A DNA stretch of 63,122 bases, filler included, from Licmophora abbreviata (GCA_900291995.1; 11 parts of 11 records of this genome joined end to end with filler, not necessarily neighbours in it); one strand, 5' to 3'; positions 19,968-32,346 are shown, counted from the whole stretch's first letter. Notes: a model not told the origin generated them from the sequence alone. Made by a program: numbers and translations.

Positions 19968-21704
19968 CTAGATCTTCTTCGCACAAGTCGAAGATATGCG
20001 AGTCGACACCTTGATAGGAGAACGACGCATCGCTTTTCTCGCTAAGATCAACACCATGTACATTGGCACAAGGAATGGGAATGGTAAAATCACAATCAAA
20101 GCTGCTCCAGCTGTCAAGTGCCCCAGAATCTGTCGGAATTGGTTCGCGCTGCCTCGATGGTTAACGCAGACCCATTCTCGCTCGACATGCTTGTGATGAG
20201 TCGCGCGTTCCTGTAGAAAGTCCCTCGTGTCAACATCTGGACCTGGAATAGGCGCTCTTCCAGACAGCTGATCCAGCTTCCATCGGGCGCTCAGAAGCGG
20301 TGGAGCGCCAGGATCTTCGCCCATGATTCTCATCGAGACGGTGCGCTCTTCCCAGTCGAACTCCAGCTCCCCGAAATTTCTGTCAAGCGAAAACTGCTTG
20401 CCAGTCTTGGCTCCATCCGCACCGCCGTTCTCAAAGAAATTCTCTGATTTTCCACTCTTAGTTGTCAGTAAGGCAGTCCATGGGCAGACCCAATGCATGA
20501 GCTGCATGAGAGAAGATCCGACAAAGTTGTCAAACGTAGCACGCCACGAAAACGAAGAGTCTTCGCCGCGCTTCGGACTGGATAGGTCACCCCAGGAATG
20601 CGTCATCCCGCTCGTAGTCATCTCCAACAGAGGGCGCTTTTTTGATTGAGTAGACGAGCAGTCTTTCCGCATGAATTGAGTCATATGGACGTCGCCACTG
20701 ACTAGTATCGGTGCTTCAACGTTGTCCTGAAGGAGCGCGTCAAACAATCGAGTCTGGGCAGTTGGATACTTACTCCATGCTTCGGCAATGTTCCCATTTG
20801 GGAAAATTTCAGAATGTACCTGAAGGCCATTTACAATAACGTTGACGGAAGCTCGCGAGCGACCGATAGCAGCTTCGAACCACCGCCACTGCCGCTCTCC
20901 TAGAAAATCACCTTCATAGTCTGACTGAAACGCGGCCGATCCCTTCTTCCAGGGAGTCTTGTGCGTGCGAACGTCCAAAACAAACACTGCTACAGTTTTG
21001 TTGGAGTAGCTCGAGGGATACGGCCATGGCTGTGCGACTGCAAGGTCGGGGTCAATCCCTGCCTCCACATCCGGTACGAGATGATCCCCATGGGGCCGCT
21101 CAAAGTCAAACAGCTTGACGCCGTACACACCTAACCCTTGGCGTGCGCGTTGTGCAATGGGGGAGTCTCTTGGTTCGCCCGTAAACTGCACAAATGCATT
21201 CCCAGACTCGTGTCGGTACGGATACGTCTGGTCGGCGTTGTTGCATCCGTAATCATGATCATCGATTGTTCCAAACACGGTAAGATTGGTTCGCAGTAGA
21301 CCTTGATAGTCGGGATTCGACAGTTGATACGCATAGAGCTTTTCGAGTCTTCTTGGGGTAGCACACTCCAGCAATGGTTTTGGTAGTGGACCTTCGGACC
21401 AGTCTAATCCCACTTGTCGGTCTGTCCCATTGAGAAAGGGTATGAATTAGTCACCAAATACGCTGACATCTGTAGATGTAGATGATTCCATGTTCCATTT
21501 CTCACCTGCATATATTGCATCGCCGCCCCAGACAAAGGCTGCTGGTCTTCGAGATTCAATAACGGGCCATAAAAAGTTCTCTCGGTCCTGGTCATTGCAG
21601 CTTCCGAAAGCGATGCGTGATGGCATCGTGGTGGTGGTCGATGGAGGATCGACGACGCTATCAAGATCAGTGTGCCAGCGATAGGTATTCCTCTGTTCAC
21701 TCAT
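19968..21704 (-). CDS. Alkaline phosphatase D (PhoD) family protein with C-terminal TM anchor
   Basis: RIAFGSC, FVWGGDAIYA (exon 1), DDHDYGCN, LDVR, LGERQWRWF, LVSGDVH; intron near 21430-21506. Confidence 0.85.
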
Positions 21705-22224
21705 CCACAGTGATCGAAATGCCCCTCCCCTATCTTGCTCTGATGACCTTGAAGAGAATCTATGAATGGCTGATTACGTTCGTGAGCACACATCATCGAA
21801 ACGCAACATAGTGAGAAAATGTTAGAAGATTCGATGTGTGACTGTGATGTGTGAGCATCCGTTTCTGTGTTGAAGTGCGTTTGGCGCGAAATTTTGTAAC
21901 TCTACGTACATTGCATACTGAATTGTACGTGAGATTCGATTCTAGGACTCCGAATCTTGCCTTTTCGCCGGCACGCGCGCAAGAGCGGCGCGCCAAAACT
22001 GTTGTCATGTTGACGCAATCGAAACTTCATGCTTCATCGGCATGTTCGCATTCGAACACCCTATCCACAACCGAACCCTCGAGGAAAGATGCACTTGCAT
22101 CTTTGCTGGCGAGTTGAATTCATCACAGGGAGGGCTCACAAAATGTAACTCGATCGAGGCACAACAAGTCTACCCTCGTCTGGGTCCCGACTACTCGTCG
22201 CTCATGCACTGCCAGTTCGCCATC

Positions 22225-23262
22225 ATGCAGCCGCATGACAACCGCTGCCTCCTACCGCCTCCAAGCGAACTTGTTGGCGAGGCCGTCATTGTGTGTACTC
22301 CGTACTCTACTGGAAAATGCATAGCTTACGAGATTCAAAGTCGTGGCTATCAAGTCATTTGCCTGTGGAACAAGGATTTCTCTGAAGACATGAAGCATCA
22401 CGTCCCGTCGACCTGTGCCAGTCTCACATACTACGCCGAACTAACCGAGTTGGAGAGCATCAAGGCCACGGCAGCACTCGTCAAAATGGCGGCAGCGCCA
22501 TTTGAGATTGTCGCCTGCATCTGTGGCGGAGAAGCAGGCGTTAATGTGACCGATGCGCTGTCGGAAGAACTTGGCCTCCTGTCGAACGGTGCTGACGTAC
22601 CGCAGCGACAGGACAAGAAGCGTCAACAAGAGCTTGTCCAGGCAGCTGGCTTGCGCTCCGTCCGTCAAGCTGGGGGTACCAAGTTGGAAGACGTTAATGA
22701 CTTTCTCCAAAGCGAGGAATATCCTGTTGTTGTGAAACCAGTTGACATCGCCGGCTCTGACGGGGTCAAGTTATGCCACTCCTACAAGGAGGCGAAGCGA
22801 CACGTTTGTCACCTCCTGTACGAGCACGAGATGGTCAACGGTGGAACTTGTGGTTCCGTCCTGTGTCAAGAGTTTCTCAAGGGCAAGGAGTATGTGATTG
22901 ATCACGTCTCGCGAAACGGCCTACACAAATGTGTTATGCTTTGGGAGTATGACAAACGCCCCGCCAACGGTGGATCGTTTGTCTACCACGGCGTGATTCC
23001 CCTTGATTCCGCGTCTCCCGAGGCCAAGCTCCTGGTTCCTTACATCCGTGGAGTGCTTGATGCTATCGGATTCAAGAATGGAGCCTCCCACGGAGAGGCC
23101 ATCATGACAAGCTACGGTCCCTGCTTGGTCGAGATGAATTGTCGTGTCCACGGTGCAGATGGCAACTGGATACCTCTCTGCCAGGATCTGGTTGGCTATT
23201 CTCAAGTTGAGACTGCCGTTGATTCCTATTTGGACGAAGAAAGCTTCAAGAAACTTCCAGAC
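22225..23262 (+). CDS. ATP-grasp domain ligase (3' end lost in gap)
   Basis: DKKRQQ, VVVKPVDIAGSDGV, QEFLKGKEYVID, HGEAIM...LVEMNCR. Confidence 0.8.
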
Positions 23263-23362
23263 NNNNNNNNNNNNNNNNNNNNNNNNNNNNNNNNNNNNNN
23301 NNNNNNTTAATTAATTAANNNNNNNNNNNNNNNNNNNNNNNNNNNNNNNNNNNNNNNNNNNN
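23263..23362. other. Artificial assembly gap spacer (44N-TTAATTAATTAA-44N); first of ten identical copies
   Basis: Same 100-nt spacer also at 30513, 32755, 34789, 38379, 41950, 43365, 46870, 53921 and 60927. Confidence 0.97.
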
Positions 23363-23515
23363 CGAGTCGACACGTGACGCCCTCTTGGGATCACAGACAC
23401 GCGCGCACATCAGTTAGTTTTGACCATGCAGGGCAGCAGCAACGGCTAGGCACATGGGATGCTCGAAACCTTCTACTATGTCAACGTTTCCACTATAACG
23501 CTTCGTATTTAATAT

Positions 23516-25886
23516 CTAATATCTAGTTCGTAGCAGAGACCGATCGAGAGGGTACTTCTTTCCAACAAGGCGTCGGGATCCTTCGAACGGCAGTCCGTCC
23601 TTCCTCTCAAATTGCAGTAGATATCCAATTCTTTGCAGGCAAGCATATAGTTTGGAGCCATCCGGGGAGAAGGCTACGCCTGTAGTCTCATCCTTGTAAA
23701 ATTTCGGGAAGTACGTTTCGAAAAGAGTGTAGTAGCTGGAACCGTCATACACGTACACACCTGGCGTGTCGCCGCCATCCTCAGTAAAGTAGAGGACGTC
23801 GTTAAAGTGTCTCAACTGGTCAGGCGTCGAGTCAAAGCTGCCACCGCCTGGCGGATTACTGATGGTGCTATCCACAGTGTAGGAGCCAGAGTCGAAGTTC
23901 AGTCGTATAACCTCCTTATTGACTTTGGAAATAACACTCAGGATTCCGTTGTCATGGGCAATACCCTCCGAATAGGGAAAGTGTGTAGATGCGGAGAGTC
24001 TGCCAACCGCAAGCGAATCTGTCCAGCGAAATTCTAGATTCGGCAAGATCTCGAGGTAGTCCAGGGTTCCGTTGCTTCGCAGCATATCCCAGTCAAGCTC
24101 GGTGCCATTGTCAGGACGGAAGCGTCGGAGAGCGCCGCCCTGAGTGTCCTCTGTGACGAAGAACTGGACAGAGTTCGGATTGCGAGCATCAAACGTCATG
24201 GCTTCAAACCTTCCTCCCGTCTCCTCAACTAGTTTGGTCGTCTCTGGTTCTCTATTTCCTGTCGGGTCCACCTGCCAGCACTGCCCAGTGCTGAACTCTT
24301 CGCACGAAACCCACGTATTCCATGGAGTTGCACCGCCGTCGCAATTGCGGGTTGTACCATTGAGCCTGTTGACGTAGTTCACAGTGCGTCCATTGGAATC
24401 GAACTCCAGTCCATAGACACCGCCCTCGGCATTGACCAGTTCTGCGTTGCTGATGTACACGTAGTGTCCGCTGTCGAGCTCAAACACGGCAGCGCCGTCG
24501 GGTTCATCATGAAAGGGAATAGTAGACTCGTCGCGCACTCTGGCACCACTAGTAAACCTCACATTCTGCCCGGTCCTCGCGATAATCTTGACTTTCATGC
24601 CTTGTGACAGCCTGAGCCCTTTATTTCTCTGGGTGAGCTTACCTGGAACGAATTCGTCGCTGTCATCGCCACCCCCACCGCCACCGCCGCCACTACCAGC
24701 ATTGGAAAAGGGTAAACAAGAGTTTGTGGCTTCAACGTAAACGCCATTGCAAGGCGAATTGCTGTCCCCAGAAACCCCTACATTGGCGATTAGTGTAGAT
24801 TCGTCTAAATTGTGCGAAAGGGGAATGCGAGAGACATGTGATACAAGAGCGAGGTGGTTGAGGAGGCATATCCGTGGCGACTCTCAGATCCAGCCAAGGA
24901 ATCTCTCTTACCAGCAACAGCAACGACCCCACCAGGAGCTTTTTTAGCTCGATTGTTGGTGAACACGACATTTTTCAACTCCAAAGTTGCGGACGTATCA
25001 CTCTTGATTGCGCCACCCTAGGAGATCATTCAATGCATTCACAAAGACAGAAGGTAAGTTCCGAACGTAGATAAACAATGACGGTAAAACCACATCAAAT
25101 ACACTTACTCGCTGTAAGATCACGGGCAGAAACGTGGAGAAGACACGATATTGTGAGACAGGCGATTCAGCTTTAATCACATACACGGCTTGCACCCTAT
25201 CACTTACTCCGGCAACGTTGCTCACGAAAGACGAGCCCGTGATGGACATGCGTCCACCGGTATGATAGATCGCACCACCTTGGAAGGCTCTATTTCCGGT
25301 GAACGAGCATGACGAAAGAACAACACTAGTTCCGGGGTCCGCCCTGAGTGCTCCACCACGCTGCCCTCCATTTCTGAGGAGAAATTAAATCGTCGAGTGA
25401 ATAAGAACGCATCGATTCCGGACAGAAATCGCAAATCCAAAATTCTGCAACTCACTCGGAAAAATCACAGTCCTGGAATGTCTGCGTATTTGGGGCCGCA
25501 GATCGAACTATTCGAACGGCTGCTCTCGTTGCACCTTGAAAGGTGAACCCGTCAATTACGACTTCACTTTTGCCCCCCTTGATTCGAACAATTTCACCTG
25601 GTCCGCTTAGCAGACACTTGTCGGCGTCGATCACACACTCACAGGACAGGGTAAGGTTCCTGTTCGTCAACTGCAAGGTCGCTTCGGTCGGCTTGGCGAT
25701 GTCGAACGGACAGAGCGTCAAGCTTGCATCGGCAGCATCGACGGCACTCGAGAGTTCATCAAAGGAAGTGACAGTAAGGCAGCCTGATGTGACCCGCAGT
25801 GCACATAAAAGGCAGCACAGTGCTTTCGTGGTAAAGGGAAAACTAGGATCAGTTTGACGACGGGACGCGAGCGTGCGATTTGTCAT
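23516..25886 (-). CDS. Secreted PhoX-like (DUF839) alkaline phosphatase with N-terminal extension (multi-exon)
   Basis: PDGAAVF, TTRNCDGGATPWNTWVSCEE, FEAM, PDQL, EDGG, ETTGVAFSPDG. The frame stays open upstream of 24598 through a poly-Gly linker to an acceptor near 24805. Upstream exons (to 25886) carry a signal peptide; their joining is inferred. Confidence 0.75.
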
Positions 25887-26312
25887 TATCAACGCACACT
25901 CTCTGGAAGGTCCTTGAGTTGAATCGACCGACGTTTGATGATGCTTCTTCTAAGATTGATGATAGTCTATCGTCAGAAATAACGGTATGATAACCTCGCG
26001 TCGTCTCTGATGATTTCGTCCTCTCTCGTGAGACCAGACATAAAATGCGATGATTGTATCTTTTTCGTTTTGCGAACAGATTTTGATAAGGTGCGCGACC
26101 CAGCACCGCGTGGGATAGCAAGTATTTGTATTTGAGGATATGTGATTATTTTGGTACTTCTCGAGTACCGCTGACACTTTTCGGTCGACAGAAGCGTTGA
26201 GACGGAAAATTTTTGGTTTGACAGGTCACAAATTTGGCTTTGCACGAACTATACACGATCGTGCCAACAAGAGTCAACAAGAGATGGATGACCTTTCCCC
26301 GTTCCAGATACT

Positions 26313-27335
26313 ATGATACTGAAGACAATGGCCAGAAGGCAAAGAAGGAGACGCCGCTTAGCCGCGTCCTGCTCCGTCTTGTTGCTGGCACTGCCGACCG
26401 CTGATACAAGGACGTGGGAATCAATAATCGATCCTTCGGCGTCCATAACAGCCGACCCTGGACGGGATCGACTAGTGGAAGAGAGCGATCCTTTTCTGAC
26501 ACGAACAACTCCACCACCAACTTTTTCTCCGACGTTTACGGCAGCACCGTCACCCTTCCCCTCCAGTGCAACCCCGACAGTGTCATCAACTCCAACCCCA
26601 ACGCGAGTCCCAACAGAGCGTCGCACGTATTCTCCCCGACCAACAATTTTAACTCCATCACCCTCTAATGCACCTTCCACAGAAACACCCTTTGATTGCC
26701 CTTCGGCAGATACGCGGTACCAGGTCATTATGTACGACAGTTGGAACGACGGATGGGATGGTCTCAATTTGACGATTACAAGATTACTGAATGACCAGCA
26801 AGAAGAGTTGGATGCTGGGTCGACTACCATTTTGGTAAATCGGAGCAGAACAAGTCAAGTACGTGTCTTTTCAATGGAAGCTGCAAAGGATTCGTCGTCC
26901 AACATCGTGTTTCAGGATACGCTATCAAATGGAGCCGTGGACTTTCGACCATTGTGCCTAAGGTCAGGGAGATGCTACGAAGCTGCGATACCTGATGGTG
27001 AATGGGCGGAAGAAATCACATGGGAAGTCAAACCATACTCAATGTCAGAAAACACAACGCTGAAGGATGTTGCATCCGTCGCCAACGGCGGCGCTCCTCG
27101 AGTCTGCAACTTTTCGATACCTGATGCGACCAGCGGAGCCATTGCTTGCAACAATACGTGTATCAACTTTGCTGTGGGGGACACAGTTCAAGAGCAGAAC
27201 ACACCACCACTGGGTGATGGAGTACCAGACACATCTATTCCGACTCCTTCACCGAAGGAGGTAACCAAAGCCACATTGATTACTCACGATACGCTTGTGG
27301 ATCGAGGGTCCGCCAGAACAAGACCGATAGGATGA
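26313..27335 (+). CDS. Secreted/surface protein with Pro-Thr-Ser stalk and Cys-containing beta domain
   Basis: Signal peptide; PT/PS-rich repeats; MYDSWNDGWDG...RCY...WAEEITWEV...CNFS. Confidence 0.7.
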   Translation: MILKTMARRQRRRRRLAASCSVLLLALPTADTRTWESIIDPSASITADPGRDRLVEESDPFLTRTTPPPTFSPTFTAAPSPFPSSATPTVSSTPTPTRVPTERRTYSPRPTILTPSPSNAPSTETPFDCPSADTRYQVIMYDSWNDGWDGLNLTITRLLNDQQEELDAGSTTILVNRSRTSQVRVFSMEAAKDSSSNIVFQDTLSNGAVDFRPLCLRSGRCYEAAIPDGEWAEEITWEVKPYSMSENTTLKDVASVANGGAPRVCNFSIPDATSGAIACNNTCINFAVGDTVQEQNTPPLGDGVPDTSIPTPSPKEVTKATLITHDTLVDRGSARTRPIG

Positions 27336-27727
27336 TAGTAAAGACTAGCTAGAAGTCTGACTTGTAAACATACCACTCATTACTCAATCCTTCTAAGATG
27401 CTATGTGAATCGAGTCGTAGAGGCATTGCATCTCGCGGCTCGACGACGACAGCAACAAGAAGCTGGTTATAAAGTCTCACTGTCTTTTGTGAGGGATCAT
27501 CACTCACATGCACGCCGTATGTGGCGCCACTCGCGGGCGAACACTCGAATGATGCAGAGATGATGTGATCGCGGCGCACGTCGCACGCCGCCGCACACGT
27601 CGCATCATCATCACACAGGGCATCATAGAAAAACACCGCATCATTGAAATGTCGGCGGCTCATCAAAGGAGGTTGCTAAAAGAGAAGAGCAATTTCCTGC
27701 CCAGGTGGTGCCTCTACGGACAATGGC

Positions 27728-28648
27728 ATGAGTATACGCGCTTGGGTAATTTGCTTGCTGCTTTCGGTCGCCCAAACTAGAAGTTTTTCTGCTGGGACTT
27801 CATCATTGATCACCCGTCGGGCCGCATCTTCATCGCCGCCGACCCCCTCGATCGTCACCGGCACCATGTCAGCACGAGAGCCTCATGGGTACTCTCAATC
27901 ACGTCTGTCATCCTCTAAATCTGGTCACGACAAGGGCCTCATCACAGTCTTAGGATTTGGCTCGCTTTTGTCGGAAAGATCCTCCCGCATGACGTTTCCG
28001 GACTTGATCCATTTTCGATTGGGACGCGTTCCCAACTACCGGCGGGTCTTTGGACATCCCGCTTCCATTTTTGTTCAGCGAGGTATTGGTAATGTCGAAA
28101 CCCTGGAGTTGTCGTCATTGTCGGCCGAGCGTCATGAAGGAAGTCCGGGGTTCATCTGCTCTGTCTTTGAAGTTCCAAATGACGACATGATGGACGATGG
28201 CGTGCCGAGCGAATCTTTCTTGGAGAGAGAAGCTGAATTCGAAATCATCATGGTACCGTTTGACGAGCTGGAGGAGGGCAAGGGAATCGCTGCCGAGGAA
28301 ATTTCGAATACTGATTATGTTCCATCAGAAGGTATCTTGTGCACGAGATCGACCGATGAAGAGTTCATTCGGCGTTGGGGGGACGAGAAGTTTCAGGAGG
28401 ATTATATTCAGCTAGGTCTGGAAACCATTTGGGGTTGGAAGCCTGACTCAGGTCTGAAGCCATGCTCTGTGTACTTGCGACATTGCATCCTCGCTGCCAA
28501 GGCGATGGGGCCGCTATGCCACGACTCGTTCTTGGATGATACGGTTCTGGTTGATCGCACGACAACGGTGAGAGACTACTTGGACGGCAATCCAGACATC
28601 CTCTTGTTGCAACCTCCACAGGACCTGGCAGAACGTTACGGTGGATAG
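27728..28648 (+). CDS. Gamma-glutamylcyclotransferase-like fold protein, probably plastid-targeted
   Basis: ITVLGFGSLLS motif, YRRVFGH, ERE, YLRHC; signal peptide ending in RS-FS. Confidence 0.6.
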   Translation: MSIRAWVICLLLSVAQTRSFSAGTSSLITRRAASSSPPTPSIVTGTMSAREPHGYSQSRLSSSKSGHDKGLITVLGFGSLLSERSSRMTFPDLIHFRLGRVPNYRRVFGHPASIFVQRGIGNVETLELSSLSAERHEGSPGFICSVFEVPNDDMMDDGVPSESFLEREAEFEIIMVPFDELEEGKGIAAEEISNTDYVPSEGILCTRSTDEEFIRRWGDEKFQEDYIQLGLETIWGWKPDSGLKPCSVYLRHCILAAKAMGPLCHDSFLDDTVLVDRTTTVRDYLDGNPDILLLQPPQDLAERYGG

Positions 28649-28756
28649 AAGAAAGCGATCACGAAAACGCAAGGTGCCTATAGTTCGTAGTCGCCGTGAT
28701 CGTCGATGGCCAAATAACACTTTCCTGATTTCGCGCACGGTCGCAGCGTGCCCATT

Positions 28757-29328
28757 TCACTTCCACACATAAAGAGAGAGTATCAGGCTTCCAAACAAGT
28801 AAGTCAAGATAATGTAATTTGGAAAGGCGCTCCACAAAACCCCCGGGTAGACGTTATTGCCAAAGACAAAGGGATAGATGGAACGCGACGCTGTGTACAA
28901 GGCACAAATCGTAAAAGACTGCGACGGGTCGACGAACAAGGCATGCATCCACAACAGGGGTAGGAAGACGATTGTGTATTCAACGTATTGACCAACGGAA
29001 CGGTCACCTATCAATGCTAGCATGTCCTCACTGTTGTAGTACTTGATGGAACGAAACGGCTTGGCCTGTCCGCCCTTCTTGTGTGCCTCATCCTTCTTTT
29101 TCTTCAAAAGGTAAAATTTGGAAAAGGCTTGAAAAGGGATAAAGACTCCAACGTACAAGGAGAGATACAGGAGTGTCCCTTGAACAGTCTATATTTCAGA
29201 AATGTCCGGAGCGGGTTCGCGAGTGAGCCTCCAGGTACCATGACACGCGCCGACATAGGCGGACGTGTCGAAGTAGAACTTACACCCTTGAGCTCGTCGC
29301 GGGAGGGAAAGTCGTTCACATCATGCAT
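28757..29328 (-). CDS. MAPEG family membrane protein (copy 1, 2 exons)
   Basis: MHDVNDFPSRDELKG, intron 29189-29283, then TVQGTLLY...GDRSVGQYVEY...SRSIYP. Confidence 0.8.
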
Positions 29329-29665
29329 GCTTCTATCCCCAGTGAATCTACCTGATATTGATGCTACCGCGAACACAGAGGAATGTCGTCGTCGTCGATG
29401 ATGTCTGTGGAAAAACATCACGAAAAAGGCGCGATAGCGCGCTGCGCTTTTTCCCGCCAAAAGTATCCTTTTCCACTAGAAGTGCTACGTAGGATCCTGC
29501 GTTGAGACGCAAAATTTGAAACACACTTGATGACAGATGACATGGCGAGGGATCGCGTAGCCCGTCATCATCATGATGAGCCTGCGACGACGACAGGATT
29601 TCTGTAGATCAACGTATTATCTCGTTTCCGCTCCGGAAAACAGTTCTTAAATTCGACTTTGGACC

Positions 29666-30241
29666 ATGCATCGATTTCCATCCGCAGAGGAGCTGAAAGG
29701 AGTAAGTAGACTAGCTGTCCAGCCATGTCAGGGCGCGGCATACAACTGTGCGATGCGGCTGAAACGCGATAAAAGGATGATGCCGTCTAACAGAACGCGA
29801 TTCATTTTTTATGTGCAGACGGTTCAGGGCACCACTCTGTATCTTTTTCTTTATTTTGGAATCTTCATTCCTTTTCAGGCGTTTTCCAAGTTCTATTTGC
29901 TTCGGCTAAAGAAGAAAGAAGCACTTCAGAAGGGCGGCCAACGGGTGTCGTTTCGCGCCATCAAGTACTACAATAGTCGCGATCTTTTGGCACTCTGTGG
30001 TGACCGTTCGGTAGGAAACTTTGTCGAACAGGCCATTCTTTTTCTTCCGCTTTTGTGGATGCATGCACTGTTCGTCGATCCGTCTCAGTCCTTGTGGATC
30101 TGCGTCATCTACACGAGCTTCCGTGCTATCTACCCGCTTGTTTACATGCAAGCTAGTTTACTCTTGTTGAGCACCGCGCCGGGATATTTGATCAATGTGT
30201 ATCTCCTTTTCTCAATTATTTTCAACGTCGCCTTGACATGA
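29666..30241 (+). CDS. MAPEG family membrane protein (copy 2, 2 exons)
   Basis: MHRFPSAEELKG, intron 29702-29818, then TVQGTTLY...GDRSVGNFVEQ...FRAIYP. Confidence 0.8.
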   Translation: MHRFPSAEELKGVSRLAVQPCQGAAYNCAMRLKRDKRMMPSNRTRFIFYVQTVQGTTLYLFLYFGIFIPFQAFSKFYLLRLKKKEALQKGGQRVSFRAIKYYNSRDLLALCGDRSVGNFVEQAILFLPLLWMHALFVDPSQSLWICVIYTSFRAIYPLVYMQASLLLLSTAPGYLINVYLLFSIIFNVALT

Positions 30242-30312
30242 AGGTTTTCCTTGAGGTGGGTAATGACGTAGAATACGGTGCTTCAAGCTGTGACAACATT
30301 GCCTATATGCTG

Positions 30313-30832
30313 CTAGGCGACTACTGATTGGGCGATCGCAATAGCTCTGTCAAAGTCCCGTATTAAGTCATCCGCGTGTTCCAATCCAACACTGACTCGT
30401 AGTAGTCCTACCGGACTGGTAACCCTCCCCTCTGGCTCGATACTCGCACGGTGTTCGACCAGCGTCTCAGTTCCTCCCAAACTCGTAGCTCTCTGCGCCA
30501 CAGTCAATGAAGNNNNNNNNNNNNNNNNNNNNNNNNNNNNNNNNNNNNNNNNNNNNTTAATTAATTAANNNNNNNNNNNNNNNNNNNNNNNNNNNNNNNN
30601 NNNNNNNNNNNNGTCTGCCAGCCTCTTCCGGGGAAATCTTGCTGGTTCCTGAGGAATGCGTTGTAATCCATCTCGCTGTCATCAACGCAGCAAAGTGTTG
30701 CTGATGCGACGGTCTCGCACTCCATTTGGCAACGATATCCGCCGCTCTTCGCATGGGTGAGAGTCTGGGCGGCAGAGACATTTGCAGAGAACGATATCTG
30801 AACGCAAGAGCAAGTGAACTCGTGCCGTACAA
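30313..30832 (-). CDS. Cys/Met metabolism PLP-dependent enzyme (cystathionine gamma-synthase/lyase type); middle lost in gap
   Basis: C-terminus ATSLGGTETLVEHR...LLRVSVGLEHADDLIRD. An Arg/Ser-rich presequence-like ORF lies on the other side of gap 30513-30612; linkage is inferred. Confidence 0.7.
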
Positions 30833-31053
30833 TGGAGCTGCACCGCCATGGTAAAAGACGATGTTGTGTGTGCATCAATCGGCGTCGCTCGTCTCTTGCC
30901 CACTGCGAGCTATGTTGTCAGTATACATAGTCACAAAAAGCGTGATCCAAGGATTCGATCGGCTAATCGAATGGAATCTGCAAACAAACGGTATATTAAG
31001 CAATCTATTTTCAACTCATGTTACTTGACGTACTTCCACATGACCGATTTAGA

Positions 31054-31859
31054 CTACAATGCAGCAAGAACTTTAGGTGCCCAGGTATCGGAAGACTCCT
31101 TGGCGGAAGAGAAGTAGTTCGTCACGACGCCATCCTCGGCAATCAGCGAGAAACGCTTGGTCCGCAGCATCGTGGGAGTTTCCATGGAAAGTCCCAATGC
31201 CTTCGTAAGATCTCCATTACCATCCGATAAGAAGCGAATGCCCGCATCCGCTCCTCCGCTGGAACGACCCCAAGCCTAGAGTACGTCAGAAAGTGAACGT
31301 GAAAACGTGAGATTACAACAATCAATCAGACTATCGTCGACTCTTTGAATACTACCGGCAACACACCTCCATGACATAAGGGTCGTTGGTGGCGATACAG
31401 AGAGTAAGGGAAACACCCTTTGCCTTTAATTCTTCCTGGGCGTCCATGAACGAAGGCAAGTGCGACTTGGAGCAGCCAGGAGTACTTTAACGTATGATGG
31501 ACATTGTGGACGCGAGGGGATCGTCAGTATATCGGTTCAGTTTTCATCCACATGAAGAAATTATCGTACACTTACAATGCCCCTGGAACAGCAAAGATGG
31601 CGACCTTCTTTCCCTTGATCAAGTCAGCGAGGTTCACTTCCGCAGGTTTTCCATAGTCGGCTTGGCCCTCCAGAAGGGTCACCGACGGGATCGTATCACC
31701 TTCTTTCACTTCAGGCATGGTGGTTTCAGATGCAGCGGAGGAGAATCGGGCCGTTGAGGAAGCAAGAAATGTAGAGGGAGCAGGAGATCCAACGAATCCA
31801 CTTGCTGCAAAGGATCGTGTGGAGAGGGCGACAAGGAGAGAAGCAATACGGACTCGCAT
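31054..31859 (-). CDS. Type II peroxiredoxin (Prx5-like), plastid-targeted, 3 exons
   Basis: KKVAIFAVPGAF/TPGCSKSHLPSF...NDPYVM...DGNGDLTKALG...RTKRFS; TAG at 31054. Confidence 0.9.
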
Positions 31860-32346
31860 TCTGCTGTGGACTGTGGACTGAAAACGAAGCATTATTCCAA
31901 AGGTTGAGACTCACTTATCCCGTTTATTACAAGATCCCCATGATACAGCGCATGTCATGTCCACTCACCTTAGTCCTTATGCTTCCGTACAGTTCCTGAA
32001 AATGGAAGGTCAAACTGTGTCATCGAGATTAGCGTCTTGTCGCGTATCTTTCGATATCTTTTTGTTCGAAGCGCGATCACTGTGTCGCGTCAGTCTCCGG
32101 GTTCTTTGTGATGTATCTTTGACGTTGTGATACATGCAAGGGAGTTAGGAATCTCTCGTGCGAAAAAAGCGGAAGTTTTGAAACAAGATTATTTTCTCGC
32201 GTCAGTCGTCGTCATCGGCGCCGTGGCAAAAGAACACACATCAGGACATCAAAGATCGTCATGTTGAACTTGAGCCTATCGGTGTGCTTGTTGTGTCTAT
32301 AGAGCGCTACAGCAGTACGTTTGCGAGTTTTGAGAACAGGGTAGTC

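Noticed and set aside
23307..23318. Recurring TTAATTAATTAA as a biological repeat, CRISPR-like unit or transposon target site
   Set aside because: Always centred in exactly 88 Ns; it is a synthetic linker with stops in all frames.
29702..29818. Apparent 39-aa insertion in MAPEG copy 2; likewise 57752-57850 in the M8 protease
   Set aside because: In-frame, stop-free GT-AG introns; the MAPEG paralog has an intron at the same position.
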